Source: Candidatus Doudnabacteria bacterium
GTDB lineage: Bacteria; Patescibacteriota; Doudnabacteria; UBA920; VMFF01
Direction of reading: 5' to 3'
DNA length: 64,000 nt
Assembly (NCBI GenBank): GCA_028286905.1
Contig: JAQBQP010000001.1
Coordinates: forward strand, 79,114 to 143,113
The position numbers and the translations under genes are program-made. Positions 30,717 to 39,603 of the stretch are shown piece after piece. The notes below the pieces were generated by a model, which worked only from the letters and a program-made list of their open reading frames with translations, made no database searches and was not told the origin of the DNA. Within the stretch, counting starts at the first letter, position 1, and every line of letters starts with the position of its first letter.

Positions 30717-31451
30717 CTCCAATCCCTCAACTAGTGGCTGGTTTAGGGCCTCAATCATTGGAGGAGCGACTTGACTCAGATAGCCATACTTCGACTTTCT
30801 GAATCGCGCTTCAATCGAAGTGATCGCATCTGCATGCGAAACACCTGGATGAGAAGGGCCACGATACTCTCGCATTCCGACATAGATATCGACGAAATGC
30901 ACGATCGAGGCAAGCTTCAATTCACGAACTGCGTGAACCCGGTGAGAAATCTGCGCGAGCCTTTCGGGGGTGTGGTGATACCGTACCCCGAAACAAACGC
31001 TGCGCAAGGTTTTCCACTCCGCCTCGGTAAGACCCATACTGCTCCCCAGCTGGATCAGCATCACCTTCGAGAGTTTGGCATGACCCTCTTTGGCGGCGCG
31101 CTCCGATTCCGGCAATGGTCCCTCAATCCGATGACCATGCCAAACGGTCTTACTGAAGTCGTGCAGATAACCGATCAAACTGATCTTGTAAATCTCTTCC
31201 CTACCACACCCCAGCAAGTGGGCAATCACTTCGGAGTATAGTTCTACGTTCTCCAAGTGATCGGCCAGCAAAGCATTGTGGTATCCGGTACGCGGTTCAA
31301 TAAACTCCTGGTCATGTACATTGACCAACTCTTTCACCCGTGACTTCAGGCGAATGAGTCCAGGAGAATCGATACTGATGTGTCCGCGCCGCTCGACTTC
31401 GGGGGTATAGCAAAGAAAAGGGCCCAGCGCCGTCGGCTGTGTCTTGTTCAT
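30699..31451 (-). CDS. HD-domain (HD-GYP-like) phosphohydrolase, GC-rich unit 3
   Basis: H..NV, LHDFSK, H...S, HH..ER, VDIY..M...R motifs; AGGAGG SD. Confidence 0.75.
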   Translation of the reverse strand: MNKTQPTALGPFLCYTPEVERRGHISIDSPGLIRLKSRVKELVNVHDQEFIEPRTGYHNALLADHLENVELYSEVIAHLLGCGREEIYKISLIGYLHDFSKTVWHGHRIEGPLPESERAAKEGHAKLSKVMLIQLGSSMGLTEAEWKTLRSVCFGVRYHHTPERLAQISHRVHAVRELKLASIVHFVDIYVGMREYRGPSHPGVSHADAITSIEARFRKSKYGYLSQVAPPMIEALNQPLVEGLELQIRG

Positions 31452-31631
31452 TCGATCCTCCTAACAGGTATTACGCCCAAACTAACATACTCTTATTTTA
31501 ATGGAAAAATATTTTTCTACAACCTAGAGATTATTTATATAAAAAATCTCAATTGGTAAAATATTTTGGACAAAATACCTAGAGCGCGCTAACCTTTGAC
31601 TAAAAGCCCTTCTTTTGATACACTTTTCCAT

Positions 31632-31865
31632 ATGTCACATGCTCAAAAAATCTTAAGTTTAGTACAACTGGCTACAGGTGCTATCCTAGTTATTTCGATC
31701 TTAACCCAAAGCAAAGGCGTCGGTTTATCCAGCGTTTTCGGCGGAGCAGATACGGTGTACCGAACCAAGCGCGGATTTGAAAAATACCTCTTTTACGCAA
31801 CAATTGTTTTGGCGATCGGTTTCGTAGGCCTAAGCATCGCTGTTGTACTTGTCAGCAAGACCTAA
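31632..31865 (+). CDS. secG: Preprotein translocase subunit SecG
   Basis: Two TM helices with ILTQSKG.GLSSVFGG...YRTKRGFEK; TTGACT-17-TACACT promoter ends 7 nt before the ATG. Confidence 0.92.
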   Translation: MSHAQKILSLVQLATGAILVISILTQSKGVGLSSVFGGADTVYRTKRGFEKYLFYATIVLAIGFVGLSIAVVLVSKT

Positions 31866-31866
31866 A

Positions 31867-33624
31867 GTGCTTAGTAAAAAAATTCAAAATTTAACACTTG
31901 AACTTAAAAAGATAGGACGCGGAATTAAAAAACTGCGTTTTTTTAAGTTTACAGACCTACGTCGGATTTTTAGAGTATTTTCGTTTAGGGAAAAGGTTGT
32001 GGTTGGATTGTTATTTGCCTTACTACTTTCAGATCTGGTCTTTTTAGGAACGAACTTTTACATTGGCAAAACAAAGGTGGTCCCTGCTTATGGCGGAACA
32101 TATTCGGAGGGCGAGCTTGGTCAGCCTAGATATATCAATCCGCTGTTGGCCCAAAGTCAAAGTGACAAAGATTTGAGCAAGCTTGTTTACGCTGGACTCT
32201 ATAAATATGACCCTAACGGAAACTTCGTGCCTGATCTGGCAGAATCAGATCTTAAAATTTCTACCGACCAAAAACAATATACAGTTAAATTAAAATCAGG
32301 TTTGAAATGGCAAGACGGCAAACCAATTAATGCCGATGATGTTGTTTTTACAATTCAATTATTGCAAAATCCGGATTATAAAAGCCCATTAAGAAAACTT
32401 TGGCAAAATATTCAAACCAAAAAGATCGATGATTTAACGATTACGTTTACCAATCCAGATATTTCAGCACCATTCCTCACCAATCTTACATTAGGAATCC
32501 TACCGGCACATATTTGGTCCGGAATAGCTGCAAATAATTTTTACTTCGCTAAAGAAAACCTTGAACCAGTAGGAAGTGGTGCCTATTTCATTAAAGAAAT
32601 TAGCAAATCAGTAAGTGGCGATATTCGCACAATAACTTTAAATTCCTGGTCTAATTACTATTCTGGTCGCCCTTACATCGATGTGGTGGTACTAAAATTT
32701 TACACTGATTATGAATCGATGCTCTCCGGTTTTCATACCAAGGAAGTAGATGCAATTGGTTTTATCCCTTTCGACAAAAAGATTTTTGTGGATATGAACC
32801 GATCCAACATTCAAGTAAGTAAAATTCCAGTTTATCAATACCAGGCTTTGTTCTTCAACCTCTCTAAAAGCTCAAAGGTTTTGGGAGACTTAACTGTGCG
32901 CAGTGCGCTGGCTCAAAGCATTGATCGAAATGCTTTCATTCAAGACGTTTACTCTGGCCTAGCCTTGCCAGCGGAGACTCCCATTCTTCCAGGACAATTA
33001 GGATACACTTCTACAACAATTAGCTTTAACCCGAATGCTGCTGAAACAGCTTTGGACAAAGCTGGTTGGGTCAAAAACGCCCAAACCGGCATGCGTGCAA
33101 AAGGCAATGTTGCATTAAAGTTTACGATTACAACAAACGATTTCGTACTGAACGTTAAAAGCGCGGAAAATTTACAACAGCAATGGAAGAAAATTGGTGC
33201 AGATATTACTGTTACAGTAGTCCCTACTTCGGAATTAGAAAACAACTATTTGCGCAACAGAAATTTTGAGTCTTTATTATTTGCTGAAAGCACAGGATAT
33301 GACCCTGATCCCTTTGTTTTTTGGCATTCCTCCCAAAGCGCTAACCCGGGTTTTAACATTGCCCAATACAAAAACACCACCATCGATAAACTGATTACCC
33401 AAGCACGAAGTACTTTCGACAAAACCCAGCGCAGCAGCGATTATAACCAATTTCAAAATATTTTCATCCAAGATCTTCCTGCAATAATTTTGGATCAAAG
33501 CGTTTTCGTATACGAAACCCGACCAAATGTTCAAGGTTTAAGCCTTAAATATCTCGCAAACCCAGAAGATCGATTCTACGATATCAGCCATTGGTATGTC
33601 TCAACAAAGCGCTCCTGGAAATAG
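31867..33624 (+). CDS. Peptide ABC transporter substrate-binding protein (OppA/DppA family 5)
   Basis: GGTYSEG..GQP..INPL, PDLAES, KWQDG.P..ADDVVFT, PVGSGAY; N-terminal TM; no permease nearby. Confidence 0.9.
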   Translation: MLSKKIQNLTLELKKIGRGIKKLRFFKFTDLRRIFRVFSFREKVVVGLLFALLLSDLVFLGTNFYIGKTKVVPAYGGTYSEGELGQPRYINPLLAQSQSDKDLSKLVYAGLYKYDPNGNFVPDLAESDLKISTDQKQYTVKLKSGLKWQDGKPINADDVVFTIQLLQNPDYKSPLRKLWQNIQTKKIDDLTITFTNPDISAPFLTNLTLGILPAHIWSGIAANNFYFAKENLEPVGSGAYFIKEISKSVSGDIRTITLNSWSNYYSGRPYIDVVVLKFYTDYESMLSGFHTKEVDAIGFIPFDKKIFVDMNRSNIQVSKIPVYQYQALFFNLSKSSKVLGDLTVRSALAQSIDRNAFIQDVYSGLALPAETPILPGQLGYTSTTISFNPNAAETALDKAGWVKNAQTGMRAKGNVALKFTITTNDFVLNVKSAENLQQQWKKIGADITVTVVPTSELENNYLRNRNFESLLFAESTGYDPDPFVFWHSSQSANPGFNIAQYKNTTIDKLITQARSTFDKTQRSSDYNQFQNIFIQDLPAIILDQSVFVYETRPNVQGLSLKYLANPEDRFYDISHWYVSTKRSWK

Positions 33625-33632
33625 TAGATATA

Positions 33633-33661
33633 TTGACAAAAATATCAAATTAAGGTACTAT
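33633..33661 (+). promoter_or_regulatory. Sigma70 promoter of rnj
   Basis: TTGACA-17-TACTAT followed by a ~110-nt leader with small hairpins. Confidence 0.7.
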
Positions 33662-33776
33662 GCGGTTATATAGTTTTTACGTCCTCCCACTTACAGTCAC
33701 TGTAGGGAAACCAAAAAACATTTAAATAGATAATTAAAAGCCGAATTCATGTGAATATTCGGCTAATAGGAATTTT

Positions 33777-35573
33777 ATGATTAAAAACAGATCCTCACTT
33801 AAGGATCAAGGTACTGGCACGTCTGATCTCGAAGATGAGACCACCATTGCCCCCAAAGACACGCATGTCCCTACTCCGGTAGTGGCAACAACCAGTAAAT
33901 TTACTTCTTCCCGTCAGAATTTGCGCATTATCCCTATGGGTGGTGTAGAAGAAGTTGGAGAAAACATGACCGTATTCGAATACGGTGATGACTTGTTAAT
34001 TATCGACATGGGACTTGCCTTTCCAGATGAAAGCATGCCCGGCATCGATTACATTATTCCAGACACAAAATGGTTGGAAGAAAATAGAAAAAGAATTCGC
34101 GGTGTAATTATCACCCACGGCCATTTGGACCACACCGGTGGTATTCCATATATTCTACCGAAGCTTGGTGATCCACCAATTTACACAATGCCGCTTACGG
34201 CTGGCTTTGTGAAAAAACGTTTGGAAGAATTCGGTTTGTTAGGCCGCGCTAAAGTTAACTCTTTACATATTGACGACGTTTTAAGCTTAGGCGCTTTCAA
34301 GATTAGATTCTTTAGAGTAAACCACAGCTTCCCAGACGGAGTTGGTTTGGCAATTACGACTCCAGTTGGAACAGTTGTTTATGCGACTGACTGGAAATTT
34401 GACCATACCCCAGTAGATAATAAGCCAGCAGAATTTGCGAAGATTGCTCAAATCGGTGCCGAAGGCGTTTTGCTTTTGATGTCCGATTCGACTAACGCCG
34501 CAGTTCCGGGATATGCAGTTTCTGAAAGAGAACTTTCTGATACAATCGATCGTGTTTTCAGCGAAGCGAAAGGCAGAATTATTTTTGCGACCTTTGCGAC
34601 AAACATTTCTCGTGTACAGCAAGTTTTCAACTCTGCTGCAAAATTTAACCGTAAGGTTATTGTTACTGGACGCAGCATGGTTCAAAACATTGAGATCGCT
34701 TTATCGCTTGGCTACTTAAACATCCAGCCGAAAATCGTTATCAAAACTGAACAAGCAAATAAATTCCCTGATAGCCAGATTGTTGTCCTAACAACCGGTT
34801 CCCAGGGAGAAGAAGCGGCGGCTCTATCTAGAATTGCCCGCGGTGAACACAAAACTATCAAGATTAGAAAAGGAGATACTGCGGTTATCTCCTCTACTCC
34901 AATTCCTGGAAATGAAAGATCTGTATCCAGCGTTCTTTCAAACTTAACTCGTGAAGGTGCAAAAGTTCTTTATTATAAAAATTTAGACATCCATACTTCT
35001 GGACACGCTAAACAAGAAGATTTGAAGCTGATGATTTCTTTGGTTAAACCAAAGTACTTCATGCCGATCCACGGTGAACACTACATGTTGGTAGCGCACG
35101 CTGAATTAGCTAAAATGCTGCACATCCCTGATGAAAATATTTTCATTATGGATAACGGCCAAGCAGTGGAAATCAATTCCGCTCAACAAGCAAAACTTGC
35201 TGAAGCAAAAATTCCTGGTGGCTACATCTTCATCGACGGTTTAGGTATCGGCGATGTTGGCGAAGTAGTTATCCGTGATCGTCAAGTTATGGCAAAAGAC
35301 GGAATGTTTGTGATTATCTTAATGGTTGATCGCAAAACGGGTAAGCTTATCAGCCAACCGGATATTATTTCGAGAGGCTTCATTTATATGAAGGGCTCCG
35401 ACGAATTGATCCGGGAAGTTAAACATGAAGTCCGCAAGCTCTTTGAAGGCAAAGGCCACGGCGAAGCAAATTACTCTTCTATCAGACAAATTGTTCGTGA
35501 TGAAATTGGCGAATATCTATATCAAAAAACTGAACGTAAGCCTATGATCTTACCAGTGGTATTAGAGGTTTAA
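33777..35573 (+). CDS. rnj: Ribonuclease J
   Basis: PMGGVEEVGENM, THGHLDH.GG, NHS.PD, TGSQGE, HTSGHA, PIHGE. Confidence 0.97.
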   Translation: MIKNRSSLKDQGTGTSDLEDETTIAPKDTHVPTPVVATTSKFTSSRQNLRIIPMGGVEEVGENMTVFEYGDDLLIIDMGLAFPDESMPGIDYIIPDTKWLEENRKRIRGVIITHGHLDHTGGIPYILPKLGDPPIYTMPLTAGFVKKRLEEFGLLGRAKVNSLHIDDVLSLGAFKIRFFRVNHSFPDGVGLAITTPVGTVVYATDWKFDHTPVDNKPAEFAKIAQIGAEGVLLLMSDSTNAAVPGYAVSERELSDTIDRVFSEAKGRIIFATFATNISRVQQVFNSAAKFNRKVIVTGRSMVQNIEIALSLGYLNIQPKIVIKTEQANKFPDSQIVVLTTGSQGEEAAALSRIARGEHKTIKIRKGDTAVISSTPIPGNERSVSSVLSNLTREGAKVLYYKNLDIHTSGHAKQEDLKLMISLVKPKYFMPIHGEHYMLVAHAELAKMLHIPDENIFIMDNGQAVEINSAQQAKLAEAKIPGGYIFIDGLGIGDVGEVVIRDRQVMAKDGMFVIILMVDRKTGKLISQPDIISRGFIYMKGSDELIREVKHEVRKLFEGKGHGEANYSSIRQIVRDEIGEYLYQKTERKPMILPVVLEV

Positions 35574-35585
35574 ATAAATAGAAAT

Positions 35586-35682
35586 ATAATTCCTACCACT
35601 CAGTTCGTTTCTGTCAAAAAAATGATATAGCACGTTGCTATATCATTTTTTTGTACGAAACTCAATTCGTGGAAGAAATTAT
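35586..35682. terminator. Extended hairpin / bidirectional terminator between rnj and the pilin gene
   Basis: Core AAAAAAATGATATAGCA-cgt-TGCTATATCATTTTTTT plus outer pairing segments. Confidence 0.7.
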
Positions 35683-35727
35683 TTTCTTATTTATTTACCC
35701 ATTAATACAAACGGGAACGAAAATCTT

Positions 35728-36225
35728 TTAATAAGTGTTGCATAGGCAATACCATTGCGATACTGATTGTTCGCACCAGCCAACCCCGGAACTAACCGGC
35801 CAAGGACGACAGGTGCCTTGTTCTCCAGTAACGCTTGCGGTACTCGCTTCTAATACGGTTGTAACTAATGCTCCGACACCGTTGTTACCAAGGCCATAAT
35901 CGTAATAATAATAAGGCGCTCCGCCTGCTGGGGCATGCGGAATTTTGGCAAGAATTCCGGTATTAACCAGCTCGATCAAAAAATTTGGTTGTGTATCCGA
36001 ATAACCGATTCCTATGGTTTGGTTTGCTGGCATCGTGCCAGTGTTTTGATAATATAAATTTAACGCGGTTTTTAACTGCTGCATATCTTGCTTACGCAAC
36101 GCATCCCTACCCTTCGCTCGAGCAGTGCCCAGAGCTCCCATAACAATCGAGGCCAAAAGCCCAATAATTGCGATGACAATCAATAGCTCAATTAACGTAA
36201 ATGCTTTATTTGTTTTTTGAATCAT
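35728..36225 (-). CDS. Type IV pilin / GspG-like prepilin (paralog of 23904-24419)
   Basis: AFTLIELLIVIAIIGLLAS, RDALRKQD, C-terminal cysteines. Confidence 0.9.
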   Translation of the reverse strand: MIQKTNKAFTLIELLIVIAIIGLLASIVMGALGTARAKGRDALRKQDMQQLKTALNLYYQNTGTMPANQTIGIGYSDTQPNFLIELVNTGILAKIPHAPAGGAPYYYYDYGLGNNGVGALVTTVLEASTASVTGEQGTCRPWPVSSGVGWCEQSVSQWYCLCNTY

Positions 36226-36294
36226 AGTAATTCTTTTATACCATTAATTATAACACTAATTTATAATTAATCACCTACCTGCTATAATAAACTC

Positions 36295-37272
36295 ATGAAA
36301 AAACAGACTCTGGTTTCCGGGCTTCGCGCTAGCAGCGAACCACATATTGGTAATTATCTAGGCGCGATCCGACAGTTTTTGAAATATCAAGAACTGCATG
36401 ATTGTAATTTTTTTATTGCAGACCTGCATACCCTGACAACTCCGTTTGAACCAAAAGAACTGCGCAAAAATGCACTTGAAGTGGCTGCAGATTATATCGC
36501 ATTAGGTTTAGATCCAAAAAAATCTACACTATACCTTCAATCGCAGGTGGCAGAACACGCTGAGCTTGCTTGGATCTTTAATTGCATTACCCCACTTGGC
36601 GAGCTTTACCGAATGACTCAATTCAAAGATAAGACCGGAAGCGCTAATAAAGAAAGTGTTAATGCTGGATTATTGAACTACCCAGTACTGATGGCAGCGG
36701 ACATTTTATTGTACAAAGCAGAGATAGTTCCGGTTGGTGAAGATCAAGTACAACATTTGGAACTTGCTCGAGTAATTGCGAAAAAGTTTAACAATCAATT
36801 TGGCAAAACTTTTCCTGAGCCTAAAGCGTTATTAGAAAGTGAAACTGCTCGAATTATGAGCCTGAATGATCCTGAAAAGAAAATGAGCAAAACTGGCGGA
36901 CAAGGTATTCTAATTAATGATTCCCCTGCTGAGATCCAAAGGAAGCTGCGCAAAGCCGTAACCGCAACCGATGCAACCGGAAAATCAAAAGGGGTCGATA
37001 ATTTATTCAGATTGCTTCGGGAGTTCGGAAACAAAGAACAAATTCAATTCTTTGAAAACGCTTACCAAGAAAATACAATTAAATTTTCAGAACTGAAAGA
37101 TATTTTATCTGAAGATATCGCACATTATTTTGCACCATTCAGAGAAAAACGCAAAGAGCTTTTGAATAGTCCCGAATATATCGCAGAAGCTTTGGCAGAT
37201 GGCGCAGAAAAAGCCCGAGAACGAGCCCGGGCAACAATGCAAGAAGTAAAGAAAAAGGTTGGCTTGCTCTAA
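36295..37272 (+). CDS. trpS: Tryptophanyl-tRNA synthetase
   Basis: HIGNYLGA, YPVLMAADILLY, VPVGEDQ.QHLE, KMSK. Confidence 0.98.
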   Translation: MKKQTLVSGLRASSEPHIGNYLGAIRQFLKYQELHDCNFFIADLHTLTTPFEPKELRKNALEVAADYIALGLDPKKSTLYLQSQVAEHAELAWIFNCITPLGELYRMTQFKDKTGSANKESVNAGLLNYPVLMAADILLYKAEIVPVGEDQVQHLELARVIAKKFNNQFGKTFPEPKALLESETARIMSLNDPEKKMSKTGGQGILINDSPAEIQRKLRKAVTATDATGKSKGVDNLFRLLREFGNKEQIQFFENAYQENTIKFSELKDILSEDIAHYFAPFREKRKELLNSPEYIAEALADGAEKARERARATMQEVKKKVGLL

Positions 37273-37275
37273 AAG

Positions 37276-38661
37276 CTATCTAATAATTATTTTTTCCAGT
37301 TCAACTTTTTTTTGATCAACAATTTCTTGTGAGATACCCTCGACCGCTAATCGTATTAGCGGTTCTGTGTTTGATAAGCGTAAATTAAACCAGTACTCAG
37401 GATATTCAACGCTCACTCCGTCGGACAAGCTTTGAATGCCCTTACTATAAATCTTTTTTACGGCTTCAAGTTTATCCAAACCCTGTTGTTGGTTAAGAAG
37501 TTTAATGTTAATCTCGCCAACGTTAAAATACTTTTTATACGGAGCAGCAATTTCTGACAAAGCCTTATTTTGTTCTGAAATGAGCTGTAAGAGCTGGAGT
37601 ACTAAAATAATAGGCGCTTCAAAAGTGCCATACTCCAACTTAAAGTAATAATGTCCGGAGCTTTCACCTGCAAAAACGGAGCCTTCTTTGATCATCAAAG
37701 CTTTAATCAGAGAATGTCCGACCGGTGTTAACAGTGGCACCCCGCCTGCTTCTTCAATCATATCTTTGCTAATCTTACCTGGCTTTGTATCGTAACCGAT
37801 TTTAGCATGCGGGTGATCTTTCAAAATCATTTGCGCGATCAGCCCTCTGAGAATTGGTTGCGGTAAAAGAGCACCCTTCTCATCCACGAAGAAATAACGA
37901 TCGCCGTCGCCGTCTGAAGCAATTCCTAAATCCGCCTTCTCAGCAAGCACCTTATTCTGCAATGCTTCAATATTTTCCGGCTTAGCAGGGTCAGCTTCGT
38001 GGGCTGGGAAATTCCCATCCAACTCAAAGTTCATCTCAATTACTTCACATTTCAACTTACTAAACAACGCGCGCATGTCTGGAGAGCCCATTGCATTAGA
38101 GGCATCGATAACAATTTTCAAAGGCTTAATGTTATCTATCTCAGTGTTTTTAATTTGATCGTTTACTTCCGCTTCAACCACTCTGCTTCGATCTCCAAGA
38201 ATTCCTTTTTCTTCTGCTAAAGGAACCAGTTGATTATTTAATGCATAATCACGAATTTCATAAATTCCATTGTCTTTGCTAATTGGGCAAGCATTGCGCC
38301 CCACAATTTTTAAGCCATTCCATTCTTTGGGATTATGCGAAGCAGAAATTTGGAGCCCGCCATCATAGCCATAATAACTTACTCCAAAATAAAAAGTCGG
38401 GGTAGAAACAAAACCCATATCGTCTACATTAATTCCGCTATCCAACAACGCTTGGATAACCTTTTCTTTAATGCTCGGACTCGACAAGCGCATATCCGAA
38501 CCAACTACTACCTTTTTTGTATCAGGGTAATTCTTTTTTAAATAAGTTGCGTAAGCACGGGCAATTATGTAAGAATTTTCTTCATTAATTTGCTCCGGAT
38601 ATATTCCGCGAATATCGTAGGCTTTAAAAATTGACTGATCAATATTATTAGGTTCTTGCAT
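37276..38661 (-). CDS. Phosphomannomutase/phosphoglucomutase
   Basis: FKAYDIRG, SASHNP phosphoserine loop, DGDGDR, GESSGH, R.SNTEP. Confidence 0.96.
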   Translation of the reverse strand: MQEPNNIDQSIFKAYDIRGIYPEQINEENSYIIARAYATYLKKNYPDTKKVVVGSDMRLSSPSIKEKVIQALLDSGINVDDMGFVSTPTFYFGVSYYGYDGGLQISASHNPKEWNGLKIVGRNACPISKDNGIYEIRDYALNNQLVPLAEEKGILGDRSRVVEAEVNDQIKNTEIDNIKPLKIVIDASNAMGSPDMRALFSKLKCEVIEMNFELDGNFPAHEADPAKPENIEALQNKVLAEKADLGIASDGDGDRYFFVDEKGALLPQPILRGLIAQMILKDHPHAKIGYDTKPGKISKDMIEEAGGVPLLTPVGHSLIKALMIKEGSVFAGESSGHYYFKLEYGTFEAPIILVLQLLQLISEQNKALSEIAAPYKKYFNVGEINIKLLNQQQGLDKLEAVKKIYSKGIQSLSDGVSVEYPEYWFNLRLSNTEPLIRLAVEGISQEIVDQKKVELEKIIIR

Positions 38662-38677
38662 AAATTAAGTATACCAG

Positions 38678-38716
38678 AAAAACGAAACGTCCTTGCATGC
38701 TGAGTTGCAAGGACGT
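38678..38716 (-). terminator. Terminator of GC-rich unit 4
   Basis: ACGTCCTTGCA...TGCAAGGACGT hairpin followed by TTCGTTTTT on the minus strand. Confidence 0.75.
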
Positions 38717-38730
38717 CAAAAGGGTTGTGG

Positions 38731-38943
38731 TTACTAGGAACAGCGGTAAATCACGATCCGCTTTGGCAGACCGAGATGGATCACCTCCTCCAGGAGTGGC
38801 TGGACATAACTCGATTTCTCGAGGTATGCCGGAAATTTGCACCGCGCGCGATCTGGAGAACACGCATCCAGTTTCTACGCTTGTTCGAATGCAAGCCTCT
38901 TCCCATGTGTGATACCGGTTAGGGTGACTAACTATTCCTCCAT
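38731..38943 (-). pseudogene. GC-rich unit 4: 70-codon frame interrupted by in-frame TAG codons
   Basis: ATG at 38943 to TAA at 38731 just before the terminator, three in-frame TAG codons, GC-rich third positions. Confidence 0.35.
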
Positions 38944-38989
38944 ACAAATGTCGTACCTTTAAATTGTAAATTGCTTAGAATAAAAAAAC

Positions 38990-39027
38990 AAGGGGTTCAT
39001 GATGCATCGTCGCATCACGAACCCCTT
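38990..39027 (-). terminator. Terminator of GC-rich unit 5
   Basis: AAGGGGTTC.TGATGC...GCATCA.GAACCCCTT hairpin with T run on the minus strand. Confidence 0.75.
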
Positions 39028-39053
39028 CACAGCAGTACGACGTTCACAACACG

Positions 39054-39467
39054 TCAGCTCCAGACCGGCTTTCCGGTTTTCGTCAGCCCCATCTCCCTGC
39101 GAAGTGCATTGCAGGAGAATGTCCGCTCACGAACATGGCCGCAAACCGAAATCTTCAGCTTAACGTGGCGGACGCCGACTGCTTCCGCTCCAATCAGGCC
39201 ACGACCGTGTGTACCCAAGCAGTAGCATGTAGCTGCTCGAGCAATCGGTAAGGCCCAGTTCATCTGTACACCCATCGGACTGTGTCTGCCGAGATCGCGA
39301 ATGACCTGGTGAACTTCACGATCGAATGCCTTGTTCAATTCCTCCCTGGAAATATTGTTACCTGCGTCTGAAGTTGGCAGAGTGCCAACTCCGCTGATAC
39401 CCTTGGTCGAGGCGGGATGCCCTTCTCCGTTTAGGAAGAGCATTGAGGACCCTGGGTTCACCAGCAT
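39054..39467 (-). CDS. GC-rich orphan ORF (unit 5), start uncertain
   Basis: Open frame ending just before a terminator; promoter TTGACT-17-TAGTAT at 39554-39582; the true start may be later (GGGAGG near 39345). Confidence 0.5.
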   Translation of the reverse strand: MLVNPGSSMLFLNGEGHPASTKGISGVGTLPTSDAGNNISREELNKAFDREVHQVIRDLGRHSPMGVQMNWALPIARAATCYCLGTHGRGLIGAEAVGVRHVKLKISVCGHVRERTFSCNALRREMGLTKTGKPVWS

Positions 39468-39603
39468 TGTGCAGCTCCCGGAAACTGGCCCGATCTAGGA
39501 AAGGGGTCTGCGCGGTGGACCAGGCTAGAACCGCCGCAGATAGGGACTTCACAATACTACGCCCGGGGTTGAGATTAGTCAACACTCCTGATATAATCTC
39601 TGC

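Noticed and set aside
38648-38947. 99-aa minus-strand ORF in the ORF track
   Set aside because: TTG start without an SD, and it runs through the terminator and the phosphomannomutase promoter.
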